Positions 63,281 to 64,000 of a DNA stretch of 64,000 nt are shown here, one piece after another. Numbering within the stretch: the stretch's first letter is position 1; each line of letters starts with the position of its first letter. The DNA is from Octopus sinensis (taxonomy: Eukaryota): assembly GCF_006345805.1 (NCBI RefSeq), contig NC_043000.1, positions 68,696,001 through 68,760,000 of the forward strand, given 5' to 3'. The position numbers and the translations under genes were made by a program. Under the pieces are notes generated by a model, which was not told the DNA's origin, ran no database searches, and saw only the letters and a program-made list of their open reading frames with translations.

Positions 63281-63367
63281 CTTCGGACATATGTTTCGAT
63301 GACAACGTTTGTATTTTTCCAGAAGGAATAAAATGGTGTAAATCAAGGCAATCTTCACATCAGGGGA
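63281..63367 (-). ncRNA. Degenerate hammerhead-like motif
   Basis: Minus strand: cttccc-CTGATGT...catc-GAAAC-ATAT-GTC|cgaag. A9 is mutated and stem II is unclear. Confidence 0.35.
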
Positions 63368-63599
63368 AGAAAGAAACTAAATACATCAATAAGACATTTT
63401 AACAGAATGTGATGACAACGTATATGATGAAGTGAACACTCTCAGTTTTTTCTTAAAGAAGCCGTTAGTAGATATAACGTCAAAGGTAGTTTATAGACAG
63501 GGAAGAAGGGAAAGAACGAAACTAGCAGAAAACAAATAGTGAAGAGATATAGAGCAATCGATGAATTAGAATAAAGCTTAAAGACATTGAAGTAGATAT

Positions 63600-63985
63600 A
63601 TTTATTCTATCGGTCTCTTTTGCCGAACCGCTAAGTTACGGGAACGTAAACACACCAGCATCGGTTGTCATGCAGTGTTGGGAGAACAAACACAGACACA
63701 CAAACACATACACACACACATACATACATACATACATACATACATACATACATACATACATACATACATACACACTACAATATAATATATATATATATAT
63801 ATCTATTATATATATTACATACATATATACGACAGGTTTCTTTCAGTTTCCGTCTACCAAATCCACTCACAAGGCTTTGGTCGGCCTGAGGCTATAGTAG
63901 AAGACACTTGCCCAAGGTGGACTGAACCTGCAACCATGTGGATCGTAAGCAAGCTATTTACCACACGGCCACTGCTACGCCTATA
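63600..63985 (-). mobile_element. OK/OR-like SINE
   Basis: tattctatcggtctcttttgccgaaccgctaag...ctttcagtttccgtctaccaaatcc...gctacgcctat. Confidence 0.9.
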
Positions 63986-64000
63986 TGTTATACATACACA

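Overview
AT-rich, microsatellite-dense eukaryotic non-coding DNA. The SINE families (tRNA-derived Meta-type and OK/OR-like) and the transposon profile point to an octopus/cephalopod genome; this is an inference from recalled repeat families. I found no host protein-coding exon I can support, so the window looks intergenic or deep-intronic. Nearly all ORF-track entries are microsatellite artefacts or transposon remnants. Recognisable content includes two L1/Tx1-clade LINEs (one 5'-truncated with an intact 3' ORF, one full-length but decayed) and a 2-kb ORF1-only (HAL1-like) Tx1 derivative with a target-site duplication (TSD) inside a SINE. There are also Penelope-like elements (PLEs) with inverted pseudo-LTRs (pLTRs), RTE, RTE-X and CR1 LINE pieces, a gypsy gag-protease remnant, mariner, DD37D/maT, pogo, hAT and Merlin remnants, Helitron-like ends and about 25 SINEs. 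The most notable unannotated structure is a set of hammerhead-ribozyme (HHR) motifs between 37.8 and 63.4 kb. It includes a 585-bp near-perfect palindrome (55,679-56,263) carrying one outward-facing hammerhead per arm, and a recurring non-canonical CCGA(A/C)GA core (U4C). All alignments and translations were done by eye, so coordinates of decayed elements are approximate.
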